IMG/VR virus record: IMGVR_UViG_3300024346_000012
Origin: a virus
Strand: one strand, 5' to 3'
Length of the DNA: 64,000 bases
Below are positions 35,675 to 46,134 of this stretch, piece by piece. Each line of letters opens with the position of its first letter. Positions within the stretch are counted from its first letter, which is position 1. The notes beneath the pieces are model-generated. The model searched no databases. It was not told the DNA's origin and was given only the letters and a program-made list of their open reading frames with translations. The position numbers and the translations under genes were made by a program.

Positions 35675-37009
35675 TTATGTAAGGATATTGTCTACGCGGA
35701 AGATTCTGTAGTACTGGTTTGTACGTGCAGTCGCAAGACCATCAGAACCATCTACGTATGGGTTTGAAGCCATGCCGTAACGTGTTTTGAACCCGATGCG
35801 TGGCTGGAAGTCATTCTCACCAACGGCACGGACCATAGTCAACGGTACATATGGGCAATAGAATACACCAGCGTCATATGGGTTAGTACCCTTATAGCCT
35901 ACGTTGATATAATCAGTTGTTGCATATGGATCGATGTACACTCTCATGCGACCGTTCATAACACCAGCAAATGTGTTGCCTGTGTCATCTACGTTCAAGT
36001 TAGTTGAAAGCGCAGGTGAATAGTCCAACATGCCTGAAGCTGCAAGAGCAGAAGCAACATCTGAAGAACATACGATAAAGTTACCTTTACCTCTACGTGT
36101 TTCTTTTGCAATTACGTTTGCTTCACGATCAAGTTGTACACCAAGACCTTTGAACTTCTCAGCTGACCAACGACCATCTGCATCTGTTGACAAGTCAAAG
36201 ATACCTTTAGTTGTTACGTTAGCTTGAAGTGCACCGACTTTAGCTTGTGAGTTAATTGTACGAACTACTTCGCGGTTGATTTCTGCAAGAATTTCTGTTG
36301 ACAAGATATTCGCCAACTCTGATTCTGCGTCAAGACCATGAATTGCTTTCAAGTCTTGTGCAAGTTCCAGAGTATATTCTGCTTTCAACGCACGTGATTT
36401 AGCAGTCACAGTGGATTTTTCAATACTGAAACCCATTTCTGCGAATGCGCCACCAGTGTTACCCAGTGCTTCAGCATCTGCTGTATCATAACCAGCACCA
36501 GTACGTGGACCTGCAACTACTGAAGCTTCGTCAGCAATTGAAGAATCTGTATCAGCATCAGTTACGCCGGCCAAGCCAGATGGCGAACCGTTTGCAACGA
36601 CATCTGAGTCTCCTGAGTAACCAACTGCAGCTTCGTTAAACAGTGCTTCGTCATTAGCTAGAACACCTGATTTTATAGATTTATACTTCGATTTCATTGC
36701 GAAGATCAAGCCTGTTGGGCCTGACATTGGCTGAACACCGCAAATGTCATATGCCATCATGTTTGGCATTGCACGGCGTACAAGTGAAATCAGTACTGGA
36801 TTCCAGTTATCAGCTGCACCTGTTGCGGCTGTACCTGCACCAGCAGCGTTAGCTGCGGTTTCTTGTAAACCTTGCTCACGCAAAGCTTTTTCAGTGTTTT
36901 CAAGAACAACGGCTGTTACATTGCGACGATGTTGGTCCTCGATTTTACCAGCTGTTTCTTCGTTAAGAACTGGAGCCCATTTCTCCACGATCCGATCATA
37001 AGTATCCAT
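35675..37009 (-). CDS. gp23: Major capsid protein (gp23)
   Basis: KW.PVL, GVQPMSGPTGLIFAM, AKSRALKAEYTLELAQDLKAIHGLDAE, FQPRIGFKTRYG. Confidence 0.98.
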   Translation of the reverse strand: MDTYDRIVEKWAPVLNEETAGKIEDQHRRNVTAVVLENTEKALREQGLQETAANAAGAGTAATGAADNWNPVLISLVRRAMPNMMAYDICGVQPMSGPTGLIFAMKSKYKSIKSGVLANDEALFNEAAVGYSGDSDVVANGSPSGLAGVTDADTDSSIADEASVVAGPRTGAGYDTADAEALGNTGGAFAEMGFSIEKSTVTAKSRALKAEYTLELAQDLKAIHGLDAESELANILSTEILAEINREVVRTINSQAKVGALQANVTTKGIFDLSTDADGRWSAEKFKGLGVQLDREANVIAKETRRGKGNFIVCSSDVASALAASGMLDYSPALSTNLNVDDTGNTFAGVMNGRMRVYIDPYATTDYINVGYKGTNPYDAGVFYCPYVPLTMVRAVGENDFQPRIGFKTRYGMASNPYVDGSDGLATARTNQYYRIFRVDNILT

Positions 37010-37027
37010 TTAGGATCTCCTTTTTTA

Positions 37028-37969
37028 TTATTTACCGCCTTTGCGGATTGCTTGTAGATATGATTCCATCATTGATGAAGTTACAACAGAGTCATCAGCT
37101 GATTCTGATTCAGTATCTTCTTCGATAATAGAGGTTGCAGTTTTTTCTTGCTTGAAATATGACTCTTTCAAAGTTGCAACTTTCGCTGCGAAATCTTCTT
37201 CTGATTCAAAAGCAATTGATTCTGCTAGGTTAGAAAGCTTTTCTACTTGAGTTTCTGCAAGGCCACGTGACGCTTCACGAATAATCGAATCGCGCTTGTA
37301 AACTTCCAGTTCTTCTTGTAGGCTAATGCTTTTAGCTACTGCAGTGTTGAACTCTTCTTCAAGTTCTTCATGCGCAGTCGCCAGTTCATCTACTAGGTCA
37401 ACTTTAGACTCTGGTACATCAATGTAAGATTCGGTGAATACTTCTTTCAGTTTATTCATGAATCCTTCTGCGATCTCAGTACGTAAACCGGACTGTACCG
37501 CTACTTTGTTGTCATCCATCCATTGCTCAACCACATAGTCGAGGTAGCTGTCAACTTTTTCTACGAGATCTGTTTTAACAGAAGCTACTTCCTCATCAAG
37601 CTGAGTAGCATATGCTTCTTCTAAACGGTTGATCTCTTCAACAAGTTTTGACTTTACCGCTGCTTCAAAAATTACTGCTGTTTTGGCTTTGAACTCTTCT
37701 GAAAGAGTTGCCTCAGATTCTACTAGAGCATCTAAGTCTTCACTAAAATCTCCATCAAATTTAATTGACTCGGCTTTAGTAGTTCCACCAGACATTTTTT
37801 GCATTGGTTCGCTTGTTCCTTTATCTCCCTTGCGCTTCTTAGCTTTAGGGCCTTTTTCTTCGGCAGCATCTACAGATGCAACTGAATCGGCTTCAGCATT
37901 CTTTGGATCGTGAGCTTCTTCGATATCCTCGTCGAGCTCTACATCCTGGTCTTCTATTTGATCAGTCAT
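37028..37969 (-). CDS. gp22: Prohead core scaffold (gp22)
   Basis: LSEEFK.K...IFEAAV, KVDSYLDYVVEQW. Confidence 0.92.
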   Translation of the reverse strand: MTDQIEDQDVELDEDIEEAHDPKNAEADSVASVDAAEEKGPKAKKRKGDKGTSEPMQKMSGGTTKAESIKFDGDFSEDLDALVESEATLSEEFKAKTAVIFEAAVKSKLVEEINRLEEAYATQLDEEVASVKTDLVEKVDSYLDYVVEQWMDDNKVAVQSGLRTEIAEGFMNKLKEVFTESYIDVPESKVDLVDELATAHEELEEEFNTAVAKSISLQEELEVYKRDSIIREASRGLAETQVEKLSNLAESIAFESEEDFAAKVATLKESYFKQEKTATSIIEEDTESESADDSVVTSSMMESYLQAIRKGGK

Positions 37970-37983
37970 GTTTGACTCCTTTA

Positions 37984-38640
37984 TTAAGATTGTTTCAATA
38001 ACGAGAGGAAATTTTTAAACTCACGTACCTGTGTCTCATACAAATCTGTACGAGAAGCACGCTTAATTTCAGTCTCTATTTTTTCAATTTCTCGAGCTTC
38101 AATGATTCCATTATTCCAGATCCAATCAACACCTTCCATTATTCCATTAACAAAAGCATTTGGTGCTGATGGGTCTTGTACGATATCAACCGTATTAAGC
38201 ATAAAGTCATCTTTGACGTACATAGTACCGTTACGTTGCTCAAGGCTACCCATACCACGAGTTGAGACACCTAGTTGAACACCACCTTCAAGCAAACCTT
38301 TTACGATATTACCCATTGGAGTATCCAATATACGCGCCTTCCCCATAACATCATTTCCCTTAAAATTAAGTTCTGTGATTTTATGAGATACTTTATCCAA
38401 GTTAACAGTAGGTCCTTCAGGGTGATTTAATTCACCAACCGCTCTGTCCTTGGAAACTTGTTCAGAAACATATTTATTGACAGCAGCTTCCATTACTGCT
38501 TTGGGATAAATACGTCCGTTTCTATTCTTTGATTCAGCCTGCATGAAAACACCTTCAATCACATGTGACTTTGAACCGTCTTCTTTCTTTTCGACGACGC
38601 ATTGTACATCGGTCTCAGTGTATTCTGTAATTAGCTTCAT
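37984..38640 (-). CDS. gp21: Prohead protease (gp21)
   Basis: NRNGRIYP, GELNHP, GVSTRGMGS, DIV.DPSAP.A. Confidence 0.96.
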   Translation of the reverse strand: MKLITEYTETDVQCVVEKKEDGSKSHVIEGVFMQAESKNRNGRIYPKAVMEAAVNKYVSEQVSKDRAVGELNHPEGPTVNLDKVSHKITELNFKGNDVMGKARILDTPMGNIVKGLLEGGVQLGVSTRGMGSLEQRNGTMYVKDDFMLNTVDIVQDPSAPNAFVNGIMEGVDWIWNNGIIEAREIEKIETEIKRASRTDLYETQVREFKNFLSLLKQS

Positions 38641-38643
38641 CTT

Positions 38644-38859
38644 TTAACCTTTAGCCTGTTTAATAAATTCTTTACCCATTTTTTCAGCCTCTCCTTGAGA
38701 GCGATAAGAATCTAACTTTTCGTTATCTATATAGGTAGTAAACATACCTTTTTCTTTATGTATCATTAAAACAGCGCCATTTATCTTTTTGTCGTAAACA
38801 TGCTTACCAGGAGGCATCCCAGTTGCTTTTTTTTCTCTTAACTGTTTAAATGTTTTCAT
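38644..38859 (-). CDS. Small prohead-region protein (gp68-like position)
   Basis: MKTFKQLRE start; late promoter at 38880-38887. Confidence 0.55.
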   Translation of the reverse strand: MKTFKQLREKKATGMPPGKHVYDKKINGAVLMIHKEKGMFTTYIDNEKLDSYRSQGEAEKMGKEFIKQAKG

Positions 38860-38911
38860 ATTTATTCTTCTTTAACTGTTATTTATACTTTTTAAAAATT
38901 CAATAATTTAG

Positions 38912-39175
38912 TTAAACTGGAACACCTTCGACATCGTCCATATCTAATTCGTCGATAGCAGCTTCAATATCTTCATCATCAGGATCCTCTTCTCCGTCAT
39001 CAATATATTCAGCATCTTCTTCGCTTTCATCTTCATCGTAGACAGCTCTTGCAACAGCTACTTTCTCTTGCTCTAAAGAATCTTGGATTTTATTATTCAT
39101 AATATCCGCAAATGTAACACCAGCTTTTGCAAAATCTTGGTCACTTACATTGTTAATTAAATCTTCAATTTCCAT
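38912..39175 (-). CDS. Acidic prohead core protein (gp67-like)
   Basis: Highly acidic C-terminus, directly after portal. Confidence 0.65.
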   Translation of the reverse strand: MEIEDLINNVSDQDFAKAGVTFADIMNNKIQDSLEQEKVAVARAVYDEDESEEDAEYIDDGEEDPDDEDIEAAIDELDMDDVEGVPV

Positions 39176-40688
39176 CTTCTTCTCCATTATTATCTTGAGG
39201 CCCATCAGGCTCTTCAGTTGGTTCCATATCTTTTATTTGATCAGTCATATTTTGTATATCATCATCATCGAACTGTAAAACGTTTTTCATCACCCATTCT
39301 TTTGAGAAGTACTCTCCTACATACTGCTGCATGTTATCTAAAGTTTGCAGTCTATTTTGTAGCAGTTCTGCATCCTTTAGCTCAGAGAAATGATTGTCTC
39401 TCTTATAGTCTACAACAATATCGTTTTTCCAGCTATCCCAATCTTCATCTACAATAATACCTTTCATAACTAGCTGCTTTTTAAGAATATCAGTAAACAA
39501 AGTAGAAAATCTATTGCGAAGTCTATCTATAAACTTTTGAAACTTTATTTCGTCTCTGTTTATTTCAGTAGATCTTCCAAGAGAAAACTGCGATTCTTGC
39601 TCTAGTCTATTAATAGGTACGTTTAACGATCTATATAATCTTTTTTGGAAGTAGACAATATCGTCTATTTGTCCAAGATTTTCACCGCCTGGAAGTGTAG
39701 AGATTTCTGTTCCACGGCCACCTTCTCGACGAGGGAGCCAAAAATCTTCAAGCATCGACATATGTTTGCGATCATCTCTAATTGCTCCTGTATTAGCATC
39801 ATATACAAGCTTGTTACGATAGCGAGCCATGATATCTTTCATATATGTTTCAGCTTTACCTCTTGGCAAGTTACCAACATCAATGTAAAAAATTCTACGC
39901 TCTGGCGCTCTAGCTAGTCTGTATATGACTAACGAGTCTTCCATCATGCGCAACTGGTTAATTGGCTTTAGTGCTTTATGTAGGTGTGATACTACTCTTT
40001 TGCGATCAACATCTAATAAACCGGAAGTAACATAGCTTACGGAATCATTAGATAGTTTAACACCCTGGTTTGTTCCGCCTGGCTTTTCTTGATATATGTA
40101 GAATTCGTTTACGTTTTCAACAACAGAAGCTCCGCTAACAGGATCTTTTTTCTTTTTTATTTCTTTTACTTTACGAATTTTAGTAGCATCAATATTACGG
40201 ATTTCTTGAATTCCGCTCTTTAAATTCTTTTCATCAACTACTAAATGATGGTAAACTCTACCGTCTATATACCATCTTCTAAAAATGTCATGACCTAGAT
40301 TGGTAAAATCCAGCATAGAGCATATGTTTTCAAATTCTTCTTGAATCTGTTTTTTTACACTATCGCTTGTTTTAACTTTATCTAATACAAGACCTACTGG
40401 AGATTCATTTTCGTTTGATGTAATCGATTCGTTAATAATATCTTCGATCGCAGCATCTACCTCTGGGTGTATCGATACTGCTCGGTATTGTCTTACACTT
40501 TGTAAATTATCTTTTACAAAATTATCATCACCAATGTTTACGTAAGTGCCATAATGTGCACCTGCAGCCGTGACATAGCCTGCACCGTCTTGATCTGTCG
40601 GCGGTACAATAGATTGCAGCTTTTCACCTGCCTTATCCTGCTTCCGCTTAATTTCAAAACCAAATAATGTTATACCTGTATCAGCCAT
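39165..40688 (-). CDS. gp20: Portal vertex protein (gp20)
   Basis: FRRWYIDGR, NQLRMMEDSLVIYRLARAPERRIFYIDVGNLP, EDFWLPRREGGRGTEI. Confidence 0.97.
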   Translation of the reverse strand: MADTGITLFGFEIKRKQDKAGEKLQSIVPPTDQDGAGYVTAAGAHYGTYVNIGDDNFVKDNLQSVRQYRAVSIHPEVDAAIEDIINESITSNENESPVGLVLDKVKTSDSVKKQIQEEFENICSMLDFTNLGHDIFRRWYIDGRVYHHLVVDEKNLKSGIQEIRNIDATKIRKVKEIKKKKDPVSGASVVENVNEFYIYQEKPGGTNQGVKLSNDSVSYVTSGLLDVDRKRVVSHLHKALKPINQLRMMEDSLVIYRLARAPERRIFYIDVGNLPRGKAETYMKDIMARYRNKLVYDANTGAIRDDRKHMSMLEDFWLPRREGGRGTEISTLPGGENLGQIDDIVYFQKRLYRSLNVPINRLEQESQFSLGRSTEINRDEIKFQKFIDRLRNRFSTLFTDILKKQLVMKGIIVDEDWDSWKNDIVVDYKRDNHFSELKDAELLQNRLQTLDNMQQYVGEYFSKEWVMKNVLQFDDDDIQNMTDQIKDMEPTEEPDGPQDNNGEEDGN

Positions 40689-40747
40689 ATTACTTTCCAA
40701 TATTAAATTTAGGAGGGCATCTCTGCCCTCCCACTATTTATATCTAC

Positions 40748-41275
40748 TTAAGAAGTAGTATTTGATTCCCAGTACTGTACCTGGAACTCCACTGTAAATC
40801 TTTCGATTTCATTTTCAGAAGCATAGCTTAAATCAATTGCTGAAATAGCAGTTGGAAAACAGCTTCTAAAGTTATAAGTCTTTAGAACCAAACCTTCTCT
40901 ATCGAGTTGATCCACTACTAGATCAGCTTCGTAGTCGACTGGGTTCGTAAGACCAGTGTTATTGGAATGAGCATTAATCCCATTCATCCAACGTTCCATC
41001 GCATCTCTGACATTAAAGTCAACGTCATTGATAATAGTAGCATTCCATGTATCAAATACACGGTCGCCAGCCATTTTCAAACGTCTGCCACGGAATGGCA
41101 TTTCGATAACACTTACTGTTGATGCAGGCAACTGTGCTGCCTCGCATAAAAATGATGTTAATTCCACATCGCCATTTGCATAGCCTGGGAAATTGATAGT
41201 AGCTTTAAAGAGATTTGGACGTGCGCCGCCACCTCTTAATTTTGCCTTAAAATCATCAACGCCTAATATTGCCAT
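40748..41275 (-). CDS. gp19: Tail tube protein (gp19)
   Basis: GGARPNLF, PFRGR.LK.AGDR.F..W, F.VEFQVQYWE. Confidence 0.95.
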   Translation of the reverse strand: MAILGVDDFKAKLRGGGARPNLFKATINFPGYANGDVELTSFLCEAAQLPASTVSVIEMPFRGRRLKMAGDRVFDTWNATIINDVDFNVRDAMERWMNGINAHSNNTGLTNPVDYEADLVVDQLDREGLVLKTYNFRSCFPTAISAIDLSYASENEIERFTVEFQVQYWESNTTS

Positions 41276-41287
41276 TTTTTATCTCCT

Positions 41288-42937
41288 TTATACCGAAAGT
41301 CCGGCGACTTCTTCGAAGTCAACACCAGATCTTACAGCTACAAAGTTAAGAGTAATGTAGTTGATTGACCGAGCTGGCTTAATGAAGATATTCGCAATAA
41401 ATTCATTTCTATCTATAATAGCTGCTGTGTTATTAGTTTCATCGCATACTACTCTAAAATCTGTAATGCCTCTCCGGCCTTTGATTTCTCTCAGGAACGG
41501 TTCAACTATATTAACAAATTCTGCTCTTGTAAACTCATCATTCAATTCGAACAATGTGTTTCTTGCTGCCAACGCTATCGCTCTTTCTACAACATTAAAC
41601 AATCTTCTTACATTGATTCTATCAAATGCTGAAGGTCTGTTCATGTGAGTTTTATCGCCGTAAAGCAAAATACCTTGACCAGGTAGATTAGCAATGGGAT
41701 TAACTCCAGCTTTATAAAGAGTATCTCTTTGGCTTTTCGTTGGAGTATATGCCAAGCTTGTTACACCCAGGTATCCACCTCTTCTAGAACCTGCGGGAGA
41801 AAACCATGGAGCTGAGTTAGCATCAGAAGCTGCCATGATACCTGCAGTTGAAGATGCGGCTGGAATCCAAGAATATACGTCATTATACTTATCGTATACT
41901 TTCAACCAGTTATTATCCATAAACTGATAAGATGTATATGCAAAATTGTTTGCCTCACCATTTGTTTTAGATACTGGATCGGATTGACCTATAACGCTAT
42001 TATATGCAGGAGAATTAACTACAACACAATCTTTACGGGTCGAGCTTGCGGTAGTAATAAGACTATCTACAATAGTTTTGTTATCAGCGCTGTCAGTCGA
42101 GCCTGGCGCAACTAAAAAATCTACCTGAACTGTATCTTTATCACTAAAGAGGTCATATCCAGTTATGTAATTTGCCGCGGTTGGACTACTGTCTCCGTCT
42201 GAACCTTTCGAAAGAGTTGCAGAATCAGTTTGTCCGATATTAGAGCTATCCACCCAAACCCAATTTGATGCTCTGTTAATAACGGTAGCTATACTCTTCG
42301 ATGATCCATCTGCACTAACAGCACTATCTGAAGTAGAAAGATATTCGTATTTTTCTAAAACAGTACCAGTAGTTCCAGTAATAGTTCCGTCAGCATCCAT
42401 CACAAGAATATGTCTTTCGTTTCCTGCGGGTGCATCATCAAAATTCGATTTATAAGCAGCAGGCCAGGTGCCCCAAGCGCCCGAATCTGCATATGCTATT
42501 TTAATAGAATTTCCAAGACCTCCAGGATATCTAGCTACAAACTTACGATTAATATTAGTAGTGTCTATATTATCGTTGTCAAAGTTTTGTATGATACCAG
42601 ACGCTGCTAATGAATCTTCTGACAGCAACTCATCGGCTGCAGTCAGCCAAGTTGCATTTTTTCTACCCGTTTCTCCTACTCTTACCACTTGTAAAGCATT
42701 TGAATACTTTAAAAAGTAAGATGCAGTTAAAAAGTCTCGGGATTTAGTTGTTGTGGGAGCAGTAAAAGTTGATACCAAACCAGCCTCATTTGACGTGAGA
42801 GTTGGATCATTTACTGGTCCCCAATTAAAGTCGCCTACAAATGCCGCAGTTGTAGATTGTACATTGGGCACTCCGCCCGTAAGATCTACTTCTTTGACAA
42901 TAATTGCTGGTGACTCTGATGGTACGCCAATTGCCAT
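41288..42937 (-). CDS. gp18: Tail sheath protein (gp18)
   Basis: SP....KEVDLT, F.WGP, PWFSPAG..RG, FDRINVRRLF, IKPARSINYITLNFVA; late promoter at 43000-43007. Confidence 0.96.
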   Translation of the reverse strand: MAIGVPSESPAIIVKEVDLTGGVPNVQSTTAAFVGDFNWGPVNDPTLTSNEAGLVSTFTAPTTTKSRDFLTASYFLKYSNALQVVRVGETGRKNATWLTAADELLSEDSLAASGIIQNFDNDNIDTTNINRKFVARYPGGLGNSIKIAYADSGAWGTWPAAYKSNFDDAPAGNERHILVMDADGTITGTTGTVLEKYEYLSTSDSAVSADGSSKSIATVINRASNWVWVDSSNIGQTDSATLSKGSDGDSSPTAANYITGYDLFSDKDTVQVDFLVAPGSTDSADNKTIVDSLITTASSTRKDCVVVNSPAYNSVIGQSDPVSKTNGEANNFAYTSYQFMDNNWLKVYDKYNDVYSWIPAASSTAGIMAASDANSAPWFSPAGSRRGGYLGVTSLAYTPTKSQRDTLYKAGVNPIANLPGQGILLYGDKTHMNRPSAFDRINVRRLFNVVERAIALAARNTLFELNDEFTRAEFVNIVEPFLREIKGRRGITDFRVVCDETNNTAAIIDRNEFIANIFIKPARSINYITLNFVAVRSGVDFEEVAGLSV

Positions 42938-43018
42938 TTGTGTTTCCTTTTCCAGTAATCTAATTATATGTTTTCATAATACGTGATTTCAATTACTAGT
43001 ATTTATAATAAATTGATT

Positions 43019-44614
43019 TTACCACATTGTACCTACGTCTTCGTACCATGGCTTTACATTTTCTATTATGTTGTCATCTTCTACTACATCATCTAAGCCG
43101 TCGTCTATGAATCCAAATGGAAGAACATCAGCTTCTATTTCTTGCATTCTTTGCTTAAACATCATATCTTTTAGACTTACATCTGTTATTTCCTCAAATG
43201 AATTACCTACTGCAAAATAACCGAACATCACTAGATTCATCATTAAGTCATCGTGGTTACCCTCTGAGGCTTCATAGGATTGCCCTCTAGCTACAAACGT
43301 TGACATTTCTAATATAGTCTGCGTATCTTTTATTATAAGTTTGTCTTCTTCTAGTATATCTTTAATGCCAGAACACCCGATGCGCTTAGTTTTTCTTGTC
43401 ATCTCCACGCCGATCCTGTCAGCCTTAACAAGAGAATCCATATGCAGATTTTCATATTCTAACTCTTGATAAAGACCATTCGTAACTAAAGTACCCTGAT
43501 CGTTTGCTTCTACGATAACATATGCCTCGTTATACACGTTAGCAAATTTATAAATAACATTAGGGAAGAGTAATGGAGAGATAGTGTTATTGCGATAAAC
43601 AGCAACCTGTTCAAACGGGCGAACGCTAATATCGATCAAATTAAAAGTTGAGTAGTCCTGTCCTCTTCCCTTCGACACATCTACCGTCATAATGTACTGA
43701 TGGCCTTTTTCAGGTTCTTTGTATACTAAGCAATGGCCGTTTTCTACTATACGAATTGGCTCAGATGATCTTTGTCTTAATAAGCACTCTGGGTTAATAA
43801 GTGTATCACCTGTTCCGAAAAAGGTATTACCAAATTCTTGATCAAACTGCAACTGAGAAGTGTTTGATATAGTCTGCTTTTTCCAAGCTTCATCTCTTCC
43901 AGGTACATCCCACCAATCAACTCTGAAAGGTATATATTCATTTGTACCTTGGGTGGCACCTTCCCACAACTTATGATAGATGTTTCCTAGGCCATTAGCA
44001 GTAGATGTAATAATAACTTTAGTATTTTTACCTGATGATACAACAGGGTATGTAGATGTATAAAATTCAGATGCTCTTTCGACAAACGCGAACTCGTCGA
44101 GATAGAGTAAGTTTACTGACATACCACGAATAGAAGATCCTGATGTAGCAGCAGCAATAATCCTACTGTTATTTGAAAATTCTATAGATCTTTTATTTAA
44201 AGCTCTACATCCAGGTTGCAGGAAGAAGGGTAGATTCTCAAGCATAAGAGTAATACGAGACAACATCTCTCCAGCTGTAGCACCCTTATTAGCTAATATA
44301 GCTACTGTTTTTTCTGGGTGGAATACTGCAAACCATAAAAGATAAGCTACGCTTGAAATAGATTTTCCTGATTGGCGGCAAGCTAATACAATATTAAACC
44401 TATTAGAATTAAAAGTTTCAAACATTTTTTCTTGATAAGGATATAATTCAAAAGGAACTAAACCTCTATCTAGAGAAATTATTTTACAATAATGCGTAGC
44501 AAAATATCCAGGATCTTTTAAGCACCTAGAGTATTCTTTTATTTCTTCTTTGGCAAAATTGTGAGTGACACCGTCTCGCTTGACGTTCATATTGCCTAAA
44601 TATGTGTCATTCAT
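43019..44614 (-). CDS. gp17: Terminase large subunit (gp17)
   Basis: CRQSGKS, YLDEFAF, ITSTANG, DVSKGRGQDYS, HDDLMM. Confidence 0.96.
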   Translation of the reverse strand: MNDTYLGNMNVKRDGVTHNFAKEEIKEYSRCLKDPGYFATHYCKIISLDRGLVPFELYPYQEKMFETFNSNRFNIVLACRQSGKSISSVAYLLWFAVFHPEKTVAILANKGATAGEMLSRITLMLENLPFFLQPGCRALNKRSIEFSNNSRIIAAATSGSSIRGMSVNLLYLDEFAFVERASEFYTSTYPVVSSGKNTKVIITSTANGLGNIYHKLWEGATQGTNEYIPFRVDWWDVPGRDEAWKKQTISNTSQLQFDQEFGNTFFGTGDTLINPECLLRQRSSEPIRIVENGHCLVYKEPEKGHQYIMTVDVSKGRGQDYSTFNLIDISVRPFEQVAVYRNNTISPLLFPNVIYKFANVYNEAYVIVEANDQGTLVTNGLYQELEYENLHMDSLVKADRIGVEMTRKTKRIGCSGIKDILEEDKLIIKDTQTILEMSTFVARGQSYEASEGNHDDLMMNLVMFGYFAVGNSFEEITDVSLKDMMFKQRMQEIEADVLPFGFIDDGLDDVVEDDNIIENVKPWYEDVGTMW

Positions 44615-44963
44615 CCTTCTTATAGTCTGTAATGTCAACTACTTTATCATCCTCATTATCATCTAATAGCATTCGCTGCAAGTCACTGGTAGAACCAATA
44701 AACACATTGTTAGTTGTTTGGTTAGCTAATTCCTTAGCTTCATCTGTTTTATCGAAGTCTTTTTTCTTTTTATGAAGGTCCATAAGAGAACCGTTTATAT
44801 CCGCTATGTTTTTCATCATATTAGACAAAACTTCAAAAGCCCGAGGATGCTCAGTCGCTCTCGCAACTTCCATCATCTCTTCCATAGACTCAGAACCTTT
44901 GGCTAGAAGATCATGGTAGATCTGTCTAGAATACTCAAAATCATTATTAACATTATCTGTCAT
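44607..44963 (-). CDS. gp16: Terminase small subunit (gp16)
   Basis: DFEYSR, HPRAFEV, TTNNVFIGST.DLQ. Confidence 0.92.
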   Translation of the reverse strand: MTDNVNNDFEYSRQIYHDLLAKGSESMEEMMEVARATEHPRAFEVLSNMMKNIADINGSLMDLHKKKKDFDKTDEAKELANQTTNNVFIGSTSDLQRMLLDDNEDDKVVDITDYKKDE

Positions 44964-45100
44964 TATCTTTTATCCGGAAATTCCATAGCACAACCACCAC
45001 AGGTGCACGATTCACAGTCGCAATCATCTACGTTGCACGCATAGCTTTCTTCGTGACAGTCATGACCACAATTAGGACACTTAGCAATTTCTTCAGCCAT
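44963..45100 (-). CDS. Metallothionein-like Cys-rich peptide (45 aa)
   Basis: Manual translation MAEEIAKCPNCGHDCHEESYACNVDDCDCESCTCGGCAMEFPDKR; RBS AGGAG; TAATG coupling to gp16. Confidence 0.7.
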   Translation of the reverse strand: MAEEIAKCPNCGHDCHEESYACNVDDCDCESCTCGGCAMEFPDKR

Positions 45101-45115
45101 CTTTTTCTCCTATGT

Positions 45116-45886
45116 TCACGGATATGTTATAACAGTATTAAATCCAAAATCACTATCTGCCAGACCTATAACTCCGCTAGGATCCGGTGTAGTAGTTAAA
45201 GTCTCCATCAGTAGATCGCTATCGCTCAAACCAGCGTTCTGATCGAATACATTTGTAATTGATGTTCGAATAACGCCTCTATTATTGATAGGTCCATAAA
45301 AATTGATGTACATTTGGAAGGAAAGAGTGTATGTTATAATCCTTCTCTGCTCTAGCGCACCTTCATAGTCATCTGCAAAGTCTACTCCAACTAAAGATAT
45401 TGGCACGTCTTCTTTTATGTCAGTGTGTTCATCGAAAGGTTTTACAGTAAGAGTATACTGAGGATTAAAATACGGCAAAATCTGCTCAACTACTTGCAAA
45501 GCATCATCTTGCGTTTTTGCAAAAATACTTAATTGAAATCCGATGTTGTACGGAACTGCAGATGTAAAATTATCTCTTAGAGATCCGCCAGTAGATACAG
45601 TTTGAAAATTATTATTTTTTGGTAACTGTCTTCCTGCGTCGTAATCTATCGAAGTAATTTCAAAAGCCATTCTCGGCAATTTAATAGCTACATTTGTATC
45701 ATCGATTAGTGTGGGGTTTTCCCTAATACGATCTAGATATTTACGACTAGGAGCATAAGATAGTGGAACCTTAACCTGGCTATAAGATCTTGTCGATCCT
45801 TGTCTAATAACGTATATGTTATTAAATAAAGTACCGAATATGGCCACACTTTTTCTTATTCTCTGGTGATAAAAATAACTAAACAT
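45116..45886 (-). CDS. gp15: Tail sheath stabiliser / terminator (gp15)
   Basis: FG.LFNNI, VPLSYAP, LPRMAFE, EQILPYF.P. Confidence 0.93.
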   Translation of the reverse strand: MFSYFYHQRIRKSVAIFGTLFNNIYVIRQGSTRSYSQVKVPLSYAPSRKYLDRIRENPTLIDDTNVAIKLPRMAFEITSIDYDAGRQLPKNNNFQTVSTGGSLRDNFTSAVPYNIGFQLSIFAKTQDDALQVVEQILPYFNPQYTLTVKPFDEHTDIKEDVPISLVGVDFADDYEGALEQRRIITYTLSFQMYINFYGPINNRGVIRTSITNVFDQNAGLSDSDLLMETLTTTPDPSGVIGLADSDFGFNTVITYP

Positions 45887-46134
45887 TAATTAAGTGTACC
45901 TTTATAAATCTGTTGTAAATGAGTTTCAAACTGTTCTACTTTTTCATATCTATTAGGCCAAAGAATGTAATCTTTTTCTGGGTTCTTTTTAAGGTTATTC
46001 AAAAGAGGAATAACAGCGTTATATAAATCGTTCAGCCGTTCTTCAGTTGACGTTGCTTCACTCGCAACTTTTTGAACTGCTTCGAGCTCATCTTCATCTA
46101 CTGCAGTAAATCCGAAATCAAAAATTTCTGTCAT
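45886..46134 (-). CDS. Conserved hypothetical protein
   Basis: FDFGFTAVDE...LL.NL.KNPEKDYI.WPNR. Confidence 0.7.
   Translation of the reverse strand: MTEIFDFGFTAVDEDELEAVQKVASEATSTEERLNDLYNAVIPLLNNLKKNPEKDYILWPNRYEKVEQFETHLQQIYKGTLN

Noticed and set aside
19197-44614. Introns, inteins or homing endonucleases in gp43, gp17 or neighbouring core genes
   Set aside because: Core ORFs are uninterrupted and of normal length; no GIY-YIG, HNH or LAGLIDADG motifs noticed
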